Of a stretch of 64,000 nucleotides of DNA, positions 48,530 through 61,039 are shown in pieces. Source of the DNA: Nemertoderma westbladi (lineage: Eukaryota > Animalia > Xenacoelomorpha). The stretch covers positions 1 through 64,000 of the forward strand of contig JAUCBJ010007699.1 in the NCBI GenBank assembly GCA_032718475.1, in the 5' to 3' direction. The position numbers were made by a program, and so were the translations under genes. How positions within the stretch are numbered: the stretch's first letter is position 1; each line of letters begins with the position of its first letter. The notes beneath the pieces are model-generated. The model had not been told where the DNA came from and searched no databases. It saw nothing but the letters and a program-made list of their open reading frames with translations.

Positions 48530-51500
48530 TTAATTAGTAACAATAAACAATTCCTCCAGGAGAATCCCTCCAGGAGAGTAGTTTAGAATTAATTAATAAC
48601 AATAAACAATTCCTCCAGGAGAATCCCTCCAAGAGAGTAGTCTAGAATTAATTAGTAACAATAAACAATCCCTCCAGGAGAGTAGTCTAGAATTAATTAG
48701 TAACAATAAACAATCCCTCCAGGAGAATCCCTCCAAGAGAGTAGTCTAGAATTAATTAGTAACAATAAACAATTCCTCCAGGAGAGTAGTCTAGAATTAA
48801 TTAGTAACAACAAACAATCCCCCCAAGAGAGTAGTCTAGAATTAATTAATAACAATAAACAATTCCTCCAGGAGAATCCCTCCAAGAGAGTAGTCTAGAA
48901 TTAATTAGTAACAATAAACAATCCCTCCAGGAGAGTAGTCTAGAATTAATTAGTAACAATAAACAATCCCTCCAGGAGAATCCCTCCAAGAGAGTAGTCT
49001 AGAATTAATTAGTAACAATAAACAATTCCTCCAGGAGAGTAGTCTAGAATTAATTAGTAACAACAAACAATCCCCCCAAGAGAGTAGTTTAGAATTAATT
49101 AATAACAATAAACAATCCCTCCAGGAGAGTAGTTTAGAATTAATTAATAACAATAAACAATTCCTCCAGGAGAATCCCTCCAAGAGAGTAGTCTAGAATT
49201 AATTAGTAACAACAAACAATCCCCCCAAGAGAGTAGTCTAGAATTAATTAATAACAATAAACAATTCCTCCAGGAGAGTAGTTTAGAATTAATTAATAAC
49301 AATAAACAATTCCTACAGGAGAGTAGTATAGAATTAATTAGTAACAATAAACAATTCCTCCAGGAGAGTAGTCTAGAATTAATTAGTAACAACAAACAAT
49401 CCCCCCAAGAGAGTAGTTTAGAATTAATTAATAACAATAAACAATTCCTCCAGGAGAGTAGTCTAGAATTAATTAATAACAATAAACAATTCCTCCAGGA
49501 GAGTAGTCTAGAATTAATTAGTAACAATAAACAATCCCTCCAGGAGAGTAGTTTAGAATTAATTAATAACAATAAACAATTCCTACAGGAGAGTAGTATA
49601 GAATTAATTAGTAACAATAAACAATTCCTCCAGGAGAGTAGTCTAGAATTAATTAGTAACAACAAACAATCCCCCCAAGAGAGTAGTTTAGAATTAATTA
49701 ATAACAATAAACAATTCCTCCAGGAGAGTAGTCTAGAATTAATTAATAACAATAAACAATTCCTCCAGGAGAGTAGTCTAGAATTAATTAGTAACAACAA
49801 ACAATCCCCCCAAGAGAGTAGTTTAGAATTAATTAATAACAATAAACAATTCCTCCAGGAGAGTAGTCTAGAATTAATTAATAACAATAAACAATTCCTC
49901 CAGGAGAGTAGTCTAGAATTAATTAGTAACAATAAACAATCCCTCCAGGAGAGTAGTCTAGAATTAATTAGTAACAATAAACAATCCCTCCAGGAGAATC
50001 CCTCCAGGAGAGTAGTCTAGAATTAATTAGTAACAATAAACAATCCCTCCAGGAGAGTAGTCTAGAATTAATTAGTAACAATAAACAATTCCTCCAGGAG
50101 AGTAGTCTAGAATTAATTAGTAACAATAAACAATTCCCCCAGGAGAGTAGTCTAGAATTAATTAATAACAATAAACAATTCCTCCAGGAGAGTAGTCTAG
50201 AATTTATTAGTAACAATAAACAATTCCTCCAGGAGAGTAGTTTAGAATTAATTAGTAACAATAAACAATTCCTCCAGGAGAATCCCTCCAAGAGAGTAGT
50301 CTAGAATTAATTAGTAACAATAAACAATTCCCCCAGGAGAGTAGTCTAGAATTAATTAATAACAATAAACAATTCCTCCAGGAGAGTAGTCTAGAATTTA
50401 TTAGTAACAATAAACAATTCCTCCAGGAGAGTAGTCTAGAATTAATTAGTAACAATAAACAATCCCTCCAGGAGAGTAGTCTAGAATTAATTAATAACAA
50501 TAAACAATTCCTCCAGGAGAGTAGTCTAGAATTAATTAGTAACAATAAACAATTCCCCCAGGAGAGTAGTCTAGAATTAATTAATAACAATAAACAATTC
50601 CTCCAGGAGAGTAGTCTAGAATTTATTAGTAACAATAAACAATTCCTCCAGGAGAGTAGTTTAGAATTAATTAGTAACAATAAACAATTCCTCCAGGAGA
50701 GTAGTCTAGAATTAATTAGTAACAAGAAACAATTCCTCCAGGAGAGTAGTCTAGAATTAATTAGTAACAATAAACAATTCCTCCAGGAGAGTAGTCTAGA
50801 ATTTATTAGTAACAATAAACAATTCCTCCAGGAGAGTAGTTTAGAATTAATTAGTAACAATAAACAATTCCTCCAGGAGAGTAGTCTAGAATTAATTAGT
50901 AACAACAAACAATCCCCCCAAGAGTGTAGTCTAGAATTAATTAGTAACAATAAACAATCCCTCCAGGAGAATCCCTCCAGGAGAGTAGTCTAGAATTAAT
51001 TAGTAACAATAAACAATCCCTCCAGGAGAGTAGTCTAGAATTAATTAGTAACAATAAACAATTCCTCCAGGAGAGTAGTCTAGAATTAATTAGTAACAAT
51101 AAACAATTCCCCCAGGAGAGTAGTCTAGAATTAATTAATAACAATAAACAATTCCTCCAGGAGAGTAGTCTAGAATTTATTAGTAACAATAAACAATTCC
51201 TCCAGGAGAGTAGTTTAGAATTAATTAGTAACAATAAACAATTCCTCCAGGAGAGTAGTCTAGAATTAATTAGTAACAAGAAACAATTCCTCCAGGAGAG
51301 TAGTCTAGAATTAATTAGTAACAATAAACAATTCCTCCAGGAGAGTAGTCTAGAATTAATTAGTAACAATAAACAATTCCCCCAGGAGAGTAGTCTAGAA
51401 TTAATTAATAACAATAAACAATTCCTCCAGGAGAGTAGTCTAGAATTAATTAATAACAATAAACAATTCCTCCAGGAGAGTAGTCTAGAATTAATTAGTA

Positions 51501-51634
51501 ACAATAAACAATTCCTCCAGGAGAGTAGTCTAGAATTAATTAGTAACAATAAACAATTCCTCCAGGAGAGTAGTCTAGAATTAATTAGTAACAATAAACA
51601 ATTCCTCCAGGAGAGTAGTCTAGAATTAATTAGA
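48530..51634. repeat. Satellite, 45-bp monomer (59-bp variants), about 3.1 kb
   Basis: Consensus AATTAATTAGTAACAATAAACAATTCCTCCAGGAGAGTAGTCTAG, roughly 65 copies. Confidence 0.98.
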
Positions 51635-52880
51635 CCATTGAGCCCCATTATGAAAGATGGAGTAGTCTGTATGGGCTCCCGCCTGGGGAATGCCCCAGGG
51701 GGGATTGTCCCTGAGTGCCCAATATTGATCCCGAAAGACTCAGTTATCGTGGATAAGATTATACACGATTCCCATGAAGCCTCACATCATGCAGGTGTGG
51801 AAGCAACTCTCACGTGGATACGGGGGAAATTCTGGATACCAGCAGTCAGGAGAAGAGTAAAGGGCTGTGTGGAGAAGTGCGTCAGTGGGTGGGTGGAGCA
51901 GGTGATGGCACCTCTACCTGCAGAGCGGATAACACCCTATGAGCCACCATTCACAAATTGTGGTGTTGACCTCTTTGGTCCTATTAACGTCAAGTTGGGC
52001 CGACAAAACGAGTAACGATGGGGTTCCATATTCGTGTGTTACGCCTCAAGGGCTGTTGCCCTGGAATTAGTTAAAGATGCAAGCGCAAACTCATTTCTGC
52101 ATTTATTAATGCGCTCAGAAGATTCATTACAAGGTGTGAAGCAGTGCGAAGGATTAGCTCTGATAATGGGTCGAATTTCATTGGAGCTAATCGAGAACTT
52201 CAAGATCTCTACCGGATTGCGCAAACACCTGCTATTAAAGAACATGCAAGGAAACAAGATGTCAAGTGGAAATTCCATACCCCTTATGCCCCCCATTCTT
52301 CAGGAGTCTGAGAAAGACTTGTAGGAAGTGCTGAGCGGATCTTAGAGGCAAGCACATGAAATCGATGCCTTGATGAGGACGCATCCCGCATAGTGTTAGC
52401 AGAAACAGAAGCAACAATGAATGCGCGGCCGCTATGTGCGATAAATGATGACCCGAATTCTTACGAGGTTTTGACACCAAACCATCTACTAATGAGGAGA
52501 CCAGTCCAGGTTTTGAGTAAAGACATGTTTGACGAGAATGACCTATATTCCAGAAAGACATGGAAAGTAATACAAGTAGTATCAAAGATATTCTGGCGCC
52601 AATGGGTAACTGAATATCTACCAACCCTTCACAAGCGACACAAGTGGCGGCTGGAAAGGAGAGATCTGAAACCGGGAGATCTAGTCATAGTGACAGATGA
52701 CACCCTAGCGAAACACGATTGGGTGATGGCCAGAGTTGTGAATTGCCTGCAGGGACCCGATGGGCACACTAGAACAGTCGAATTGAAGACGAGTGGAAAG
52801 AAACTTGTAAGACGTCCGATAAGGAAATGTTGTTTATTGGAACAAAGTGTCTAATTTATGCCAAAGCCATGGAGGAGGGT
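51635..52880 (+). pseudogene. BEL/Pao integrase relic
   Basis: HEASHHAGVEAT...KFWI, MAPLPAERI...PFTNCGVDLFGP, SDNG, NARPL, LTPNHLL, FWRQWVTEYLPTL and RPIRKCCLL, with frameshifts. No LTR seen. Confidence 0.92.
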
Positions 52881-53341
52881 CCAGATATACCTCAAATTGT
52901 CCCTAAATAAAATTCAAAATTTATTATAAAATTCACAAAATGAATAGAAGAAACCTGAACTAGTACTTTAGGATAGGCAGATACCGGTATATAGGTACAT
53001 GGACTGAATAGTAAGTAACCTGTGGTGAAATTTATGTTTCCGGAACATAAAATGTATGTGTGAAGAAATGAATGAATGGTTATATGACGCAATACTGAAC
53101 ACAGCCCTAATGAACAATGAACTTGCAACTTCTCAGTTGCGTAATGAACTAAATGAATGAATGTAGGGAACAATTGCAGTACAAAATGAACTCAAATTAT
53201 GGGAAACATAGATTTCATTAGCAGCAACCATAGAACATGAAACCAGCAAATTCCAGAACGTATAATAAAACCTTATAGTGTAACTGGCCATTTAGTCTAT
53301 TATGGATATTATACTTAATGATAGTACTTGATCTGGATATC

Positions 53342-53985
53342 AAATATACAATGTAAATAAGACAATATGATAATGCTCTCCATAGCGAAAAATATCAACC
53401 GGCCCTATTGGGGCTCGAACCCGGTACCTAAGTTTCAAACTTCTGGTTATCATCAGCCGGGTGAGTGTACTGAGCTACCAGACCGGATGAATATTTCGCT
53501 GTGGGGTGGGAGATCATATTTAGGCCAACTAATCACTCAAAGGAAAGTACAACATCGTTATTCCCGTGCTCTGCCAGAAATGGCAACCATGCCTCAAAGA
53601 ATAACTATTATACAGTGTTGTGGAAACCACTGTAACCCCGTATGCCTGGCCCAGGCTGTTAATTAATAATAATAAGTGAATTGTTGTGGGGTGAGTGACG
53701 CGGTGTATTAAATATACAATGTAAATAAGACAATATGATAATGCTCTCCATAGCGAAAAATATTGGGGCTCGAACCCGGTACCTGGTTCCGAAGTTGTAC
53801 TTTCCTTTGAGTGATTAGTTGGCCTAAATATGATCTCCCACTCCAAAGCGAAATATTCATCCGGTCTGGTAGCTCAGTACACTCAACCCGGCTGATGATA
53901 AGAGGAAGTTTGAAACCTAGGCACCGGGTTCGAGCCCCAATAGGGCCGGTTGATATTTTTCGCTATGGAGAGCATTATCATATTG
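53342..53985. mobile_element. Inverted pair of tRNA-derived SINE-like units (foldback) plus a partial third copy
   Basis: 53363-53553 is the reverse complement of 53794-53985. Each arm has TGGTAGCTCAGT and GGTTCGAGCCC. 53710-53785 repeats the start of the left arm. Confidence 0.8.
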
Positions 53986-54269
53986 AATGGATTGAACTAA
54001 CTTTGCAATATGTACCTAGGATGAACTAACTAGCGATTTATCTTTGAAGCTTTATTGAACCACGAAATATTATATATATCGGTATTTTAAAAGGACTTGA
54101 ATGAATTGTAATGAATTTATAGAGGGAAATAGGAAACCACTCATGGTTTGGCACGCCATGAGTGTGTAATGTTGCCAGGGGGCCTACATCGCGGGATGAC
54201 AGTTGATATATATCGTTTTCGGACTCAAACTTTTTAATATAGTCGTGATTTCCTCGAGAAACCTATTAT

Positions 54270-55505
54270 AGTGGTTTCTGGGTGGAGTTTGTTCCCGACT
54301 ATAGTCAGTATTTACTCGTACAGGCATTTCTTATTGTGAAGAACTCAAAGCGCGAAGAGGCCAACGCGATTTTCTCTGGCCTCCCTGTTGAAGTGGTCGA
54401 TGGTCATCGAATCCTGGGGTCCGTAATAGGATCCACATCCTACTGCGCTGGATATCTGGAGAAGCGAGTTGACGTCATCTGTCGCCAACTAAAACACCTC
54501 AACGATTTCGCAGTGACTGCTCCCCACCCCGCGTATGGATGCCTGGTCCGTGGCTCGTTAGACTCGTTCTGTTGGACTCGTTAGATGCGAATATATTAGC
54601 CGCTGAGCAAGCTAAATTTGATGAAAGCATCCTCATCGCTATGAACCAATTTCCAGATACAACTTTTCCCTACACAAATCCGCTTTCCGGGATGTGTTGT
54701 GTCTGTGATTTGGGTGGGAGCCCATGAGGCTGCCTGCCAACTGCTCCTGTGGTGCTGTATTCACCATCTCCCACTCCCTTCACTGCCCTATGGGAGCCTA
54801 CCCGATCCTGCGGCACAACGAGGTCCGCGATTTCCTAGCCGAGCTCCTCAGCGAGGTCGCACACGACGTCGAGGTGGAACCCCATCTCCAGCCAATCGAG
54901 GGCGAGTCATTCCACCTGAGATCTGCTACGGTAGACTCGGAGGCCCGCCTGGTCGTTGCGGCGGGTGGGCTGTGGGGTGGGCGTTTTGAGCGGGTATATA
55001 TCGACGTCAAGGTATTCAATCCTCTGTGCTCCTCCAATCCTCGCTCCGTGGATGCTGCTTACAGCAAACATGAGCGAGAGAAACGGAGGAAGTACGAGGA
55101 GAGAATCAATGACGTCAAGCACGCCGGCTTCTCGCCTTTTGTAAACTAAACCACCAGCTACAACTAGTGGGGCCAGCCGCTCAGCCCACGCGCTCCTCAC
55201 ACACATTGCGCTCCTACTGTCGGCGAAACGGGACGCTCCCTACTCGGAGACTCTCTCCCTCATCAGGACTCGGTTGAGTTTCGCCCTCCTCCGATCCTCC
55301 ATCATGTGCCTCCGGGGCGCACGGAAGCCGAAGGCTAGGCTGGCAACGAGACAGACGATGCGGGAGACTGGCGTGAGCGCGGCTGTAGCCGAGGCTGGGA
55401 TTGCGTTAAATAGCTGTAATTAATTAATGGATTGTCGTTAATTTTGTTAATTAATTTTGGTTAATTTTGTTTAATTTGCTAAAATTTGTTTAATATACAT
55501 AAAGT
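54270..55505 (+). mobile_element. CRE-like non-LTR retrotransposon remnant (restriction-like endonuclease end), internally deleted
   Basis: GHRILGSVIGS; CSCGAVFTISHSLHC; RHNEVRD; EVEPHLQP; GLWG...YIDVKVFNP; EREKRRKY; RLSFALLRSSIMCLRG. Confidence 0.8.
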
Positions 55506-55638
55506 GAGTAGTTTAATTTAATCGTACAGTATGGCCCAAAATTCTTATCACCTGTTATTGCCGTAGAAATTCCATTTATTGAGTCAGAATGTCATGACGT
55601 CATAACATGACGTCACAAAAGTAAAAGTATAGTGTATC

Positions 55639-56194
55639 TGTGACGGGATCCGAGAGGATCCCGGTTTATCCGGTGTTGGTTACGTACGCGTCAGCCGCAC
55701 CGTGTGATGGAAAAGGTGATAAGTTCGTTGTTCCAGTATTACTGATAAGGTATAATATAGTTGATAGCATATAAGACTGAGATAACAGATAACACGGTAA
55801 TATACTATGGGTGACGGCGGTGACGGTCCTAACTGTCACCGTACTACCTGACTGTACTGACCGACTGAGATAACTGACTGAATAGGGGAGCACCAACAGG
55901 TAATATACTGCACGGTTGGCCACATTAGTGTACCTAGTCGATGCTGTCCCCCCATTGGCTAATATCCCACTTCTCGCCCCTTCACCTTCCCTGGTGTGTT
56001 TCCCGTTCACCCCAGCTATTCTCTCTCTTGTCAGGGGAGTAACCCCTGACCCTTATTGTGTGTGTCTCCTTTGGGGCCTATTGTCCCCGTTTACTGGGCT
56101 GACACGAGGTTGATTGGTAATCAACCTCGTGCTTCCAATATTGCTTTATGGCTCACTCTATGGGTTTGTGTTAGCGGAATTGGATAAGCTAACA
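55639..56194 (-). mobile_element. Solo LTR (556 bp) with 5-bp TSD GTATC, related to 12437-13052
   Basis: TG...CA ends; GTATC at 55634-55638 and 56195-56199; shared terminal GATCCCGTCACA on the minus strand. Confidence 0.88.
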
Positions 56195-56804
56195 GTATCT
56201 TGCATGAAGGCTTGCTCGCCTCATGTTCACGAGATAATTATCATATCCTATAATGAGTGAGTGAATATTAGAACCATATAAAGTGAATGGACACATTGAG
56301 TGAGAGGCAATGTAAGTGTAAGGCATCCTCTGGGATTTACCCTCGCCTGTGTATATTGGTGTATAGCGTATTATATATTTTGGCCCAATTTTCAATGGCC
56401 TGTTGTTATTTGGTAAACCAATCCCAGATGGCTTTCCTTCCATTCATATACATGACAAGAGCAGGATGAGATTAGATTCATTCTGTCGATATAACTTTGT
56501 AGAAACGTTACATAGTTTTCACCGTTCTTTCTTTCGTTCGTTTGTTGTTTGATTCGACTTGTTTCACGAACTGGACTTTTTGGACTCCATTATTTGACCT
56601 ATTGGTCACTGAACTTGACTATTATTGTTCTAATTGAACTGAACGTACAGTGCATTTGTACTGTACGTGTTATAAGTCATTTGTTTGAAGGAAGGAAGCG
56701 TCATCATGTGATTGTGCACTGGTGCTGTTTATACATATTGAACATTAAAGTAACTAGGACTTGAACTGAGTTTTCTTGACGAACGAAACGGACGCGTAGA
56801 ATCA

Positions 56805-58845
56805 TCCTCCATGGTCTCCTTCCACCCCTGAACAGTCCGCTCCATCTCCAATACCGAGACTCCTCCATGGTCTCCTTCGACCCTCGCACACCTGCTCCAT
56901 CTCCAATACCGAGACTCCTCCATGGTCTCCTTCCACCCCCGCACACCCCGCTCCATCTCCAAAACCGAGACTCCTCCAAGGTCTCCTTCCACCCCCGCAC
57001 ACCCGCTCCATCTCCAAAACCGAGACTCCTCCGTGGTCTCCTTCCACCCCGCAACCCCGCTTCGTCTCCGAAACCGAGACTTATCCATGGTCTCCTTCCA
57101 CCCCCGAACACCCTTCTCCATCTATGAAAGCGGGACTCCTCCAAAGTGTCCTTCCACCCCCACACACCCCGCTCCATCTCCAAAACCGAGACTCCTCCAT
57201 GGTTTCCTTCCACCCCCGCACACCCGCTCCGTCTCCGAAACCGAGACTTATCCATGGTCTCCTTCCACCCCCGCACACCCGCTCCATCTCCAAAACCGAG
57301 ACTCCTCCATGGTCTCCTTCCACCCCCGCACACCCACTCCATCTCCGAAACCGAGACTCCTCCATGGTCTCCTTCCACCCCCGCACACCCGCTCCATCTC
57401 CGAAACCGAGACTTATCCATGGTCTCCTTCCACCCCCGCACACCCACTCCATCTCCGAAACCGAGACTCCTCCATGGTCTCCTTCCACCCCCGCACACCC
57501 ACTCCATCTCCGAAACCGAGACTCCTCCATGGTCTCCTTCCACCCCCGCACACCCGCTCCATCTCCGAAACCGAGACTTATCCATGGTCTCCTTCCACCC
57601 CCGCACACCCGCTCCATCTCCGAAACCGAGACTTATCCATTGTCTCCTTCCACCCCCGCACACCCAGTCCATCTCCGAAACCGAGACTTATCCATGGTCT
57701 CCTTCCACCCCCGCACACCCACTCCATCTCCGAAACCGAGACTCCTCCATGGTCTCCTTCCACCACCACTCACCACGCTCCGTCTTAAAAACCGAGACTT
57801 CTCCATGGTCTTCTTCAACCCCCGCACACCCTGCTCCGTCTCCGAAACTTATCCATGGTCTCCTTCCACCCCCACACACCCACTCCATCTCCAAAACCGA
57901 GACTCCTCCATGGTCACCTTCCACCCTCGCACACCTGCTCCATCTCCAAAACCGAGACTCCTCCATGGTCTCCTTCCACCACCGCACACCACGCTCCGTC
58001 TCCGAAACTTATCCATGGTCTCCTTCCATCCCCGCACACCCACTCCATCTCCAAAACCGAGACTCCTCCATGGTCTCCTTCGACCCTCGCACACCTGCTC
58101 CATCTCCAAAACCGAGACTCCTCCATGGTCTCCTTCCACCCCCGCACACCCACTCCATCTCCAAAACCGAGACTCTTCCATGGTCTCCTTCCACCCCCGC
58201 ACACCCACTCCATCTCCAAAACCGAGACTCCTCCATGGTCTCCTTCGACCCTCGCACACCTGCTCCATCTCCAAAACCGAGACTCATCCATGGTCTCCTT
58301 CCACCCCCGCACACCCCACTCCGTCTCCGAAACCGAGACTTATCCATGGTCTCCTTTCACCGCGCACACCCGCTCCATCTCCAAAACCGAGACTCATCCA
58401 TGGTCTCCTTCCACACTCGCAAACCACTCCATCTCCGAAACCGAGATTCCTCCATGGTCTCCTTCGACCCTCGCACACCTGCTCCATCTCCAAAACCGAG
58501 ACTCCTCCATGGTCTCCTTCCACCACCGCACACCACACTCTGTCTCCGAAACCGAGACTTATCCATGGTCTCCTTTCACCGCGCACACCCGCTCCATCTC
58601 CAAAACCGAGACTCATCCATGGTCTCCTTCCACACTCGCAAACCACTCCATCTCCGAAACCGAGATTCCTCCATGGTCTCCTTCCACCCCCGCACACCCA
58701 CTCCCTCCAAAACCGAGACTCTTCCATAGTTTCTTTCCACCCCCGCAAACCCGCTCTGTCTCCGAAAGTCATCTATGGTTACCTTCCACCCCGCACACCC
58801 ACTCCGTCTCTGAAACCGAGACTCCTCCAGGGTCTCCTTCCACCC
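56805..58845. repeat. GC-rich minisatellite, about 55-bp monomer, about 2 kb
   Basis: Consensus CCATGGTCTCCTTCCACCCCCGCACACCCGCTCCATCTCC(A/G)AAACCGAGACTCCT, roughly 37 copies. Confidence 0.97.
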
Positions 58846-59310
58846 GTGAGACACAGTGACGCAGCCCACAACAACCCAAACGGCAATCGCCTCCTCACAG
58901 CACCCTGCACAACCCCCAGTACACGCTGCCTCATCCCATACGACGTGTCTCGCAGGGATCCTGATAGTAGGCCCGCTTGACACATACCCTTTGGGTGAGT
59001 AAGGTCTCGGCAGAGGCGTTTCATCGAACATAGGAAGCAGCATCGAGATTTATAAACGAAATGTAAAAAGACGCCACAACCTGGTTCGCCCAAACACCTC
59101 TAGAGACCAGATCTGTCCTCACTCCATCGACTGCACGCCCATTAGAGTCTAGGCGACCTCCTGACAAGGTGACCTCCCGCTCAACATTTGATGAGCTAAA
59201 TGCCTCCACGAGGAGGTTTCCAAAGATGTCCCTAACCTCATCATGCCGACAAATAACCAGGCCACCAAGCTTTCAGCTAAGGGCATGCAGTGTGCTAAAC
59301 GATAATGTTC
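58800..59310 (-). mobile_element. Second CRE-like retrotransposon C-terminal remnant
   Basis: GGLVICRHDEVRD, NVERE, RTDLVSRGVW...INLDAASY and RRRLPFGLLWAASLCLTGGRRPWRSLGF parallel the motifs at 54724-55330. Confidence 0.7.
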
Positions 59311-59747
59311 TTATTTATTTATTTAAAATTTTGTTTTTAATTTTGTGGGAGCCCCCCCCCCCCCCCCCCCCCAGATGTGGGAGGCCACGGGCTAGTTGGC
59401 CTATGCCTAAATCCGGCCCTGATGTAATTAGCAACTATGTTTTGTAATTACTCAACCTGTGGGTTTTGGTTTAATGTTGTGTTTTCTCGTTGATGTTTTA
59501 AATGTTCTTCTTGTCGGTCCATAAACGTAGTTCCAAGAACTTCGACTATTCTAGAACTGGCCGAATTAACTCGAGGGTGGAAAGTAAAATCATTCTGCGC
59601 CGCAACCTGTAGAAAAGTTAATTAAAATTAATTCCCCTACCATGCCATCCATATCGACCCGACCCAAGTAGCGCTTTGTACCTTCCACCTGCCTAGTTTG
59701 GGTCAAAAATTAAAGATAAGATCATTATAGGCCTACATATGGCCAAC

Positions 59748-59885
59748 CTTTTTTAGTGATCTAAGTCGAATCTGCTGGTAGCCCTTTTCTTTAACAAGCT
59801 GGAGGCTGGTTTCGTTTAGTTTGGGAGTGAAGGTTAATTCCTCATCTGCTAGGCTAATACGCCTGTGGCCCGTAGCAACTTCCAT
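59748..59885 (-). CDS. Candidate first coding exon of the TTLL3-like gene (46 codons)
   Basis: ATG GAA GTT...AAA AAG|gttggc encodes MEVATGHRRISLADEELTFTPKLNETSLQLVKEKGYQQIRLRSLKK. The phase-0 end fits the 47634 exon; the donor is weak. Confidence 0.4.
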
Positions 59886-61039
59886 TCCGCAGTACCAACT
59901 AGACTGTGACTTCCTTCAGGATTTGATACCACCATCGTAAATCACCCAGCAATTATTTGTCATCAGTTGTATTGTAGTGTGTATGTATGTCATGTATGGG
60001 GGGGGGGGGATTGTAAATTAATGTCAGCGGTACAGTAAATAGATCAGCACATGTACATTTAACTATGTCTATCATTAGTGAGAAGCCTTTCTGTAGTATA
60101 CTATTTATTTATTTCCTAATAACAATGAGCGCACCACAACCAATGTGCATTTTCGTTACTTTGTTTCAAATTGGCGTCAAAAGAAACAAATAGAATTTGG
60201 TTTATGTTATTAAATTATTTTTTTTACAGAATCCACTCCATACTCCACCTCCACAGATGTGTTGTGGCTCACATCAAGATACGAGGCCTGATTAACTGAA
60301 TTTTGCTAAAGAAAGTGAAGTGAAGAAAGTGGAAATTAGTGTTTTCCTTATCGTTTTTATATCGAAAATATTTTGTTTTATTTGAAAAAAATATCACCAG
60401 CAGCGTTATCATTGTTTATGACGATAATAGTCTAATCTGCCCACGCTTTCAGATAGACATCCTAAGATTTCTGAGTCAGTAGCTCCGAAAACATCGCGTC
60501 ATCTTGCTCATTCAAATTTTCGAGAACTTACATATCGTCAATATTTAGGCCTACCACCAGGTCCGGTACTACTAACAGCCATTCTGTACGATCTGAGGAT
60601 GATACAGGTCTATCCACTATTACCAATTTCAGTATTCAAATTGTACTGCTGTACTGTACAGTACTAGGCCTACCGTGTTACCGTGTACACTGCCGGTACA
60701 GGTAATGTACAGCCGGAAGATTGTTTGAGCTAGCTGTATTATTATTATTTATTGACAATAAGCGGGGTATATAACATTATACATAATCCAAATTCAAATA
60801 ATACAACAATTATTGTCCAAGAAAATATCAGAATATCACCTGTGAAAAACCTCATTTCAAAACAGATTATAATATATTATATAAATAACCTAGGAAGAAC
60901 TGTCCAACACCAACATAACACTGTCCAAAATATCCGTCCATAATAACATCTAACCAAAGTAAAATTGTAAAACCTATGATAAATATTAACCGAAAATACT
61001 TTCCAACTTTCGTAATCCGAAATATAAATCAAAAGTAAA

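Noticed and set aside
48697-51648. LLLLINSRLLSWRNC repeat ORFs resembling leucine-rich repeats
   Set aside because: They are the antisense reading of a 45-bp satellite whose + frame matches BEL pol.
56704-59043. Long Pro/His-rich ORFs (up to 618 aa)
   Set aside because: A stop-poor 55-bp minisatellite is open in most frames on both strands; there is no gene structure.
60390-60620. Possible tyrosine-recombinase (Crypton-like) or host exon fragment (ELLTQKS-stop-DVYLKAW)
   Set aside because: It is too short and interrupted by stops to support a call.
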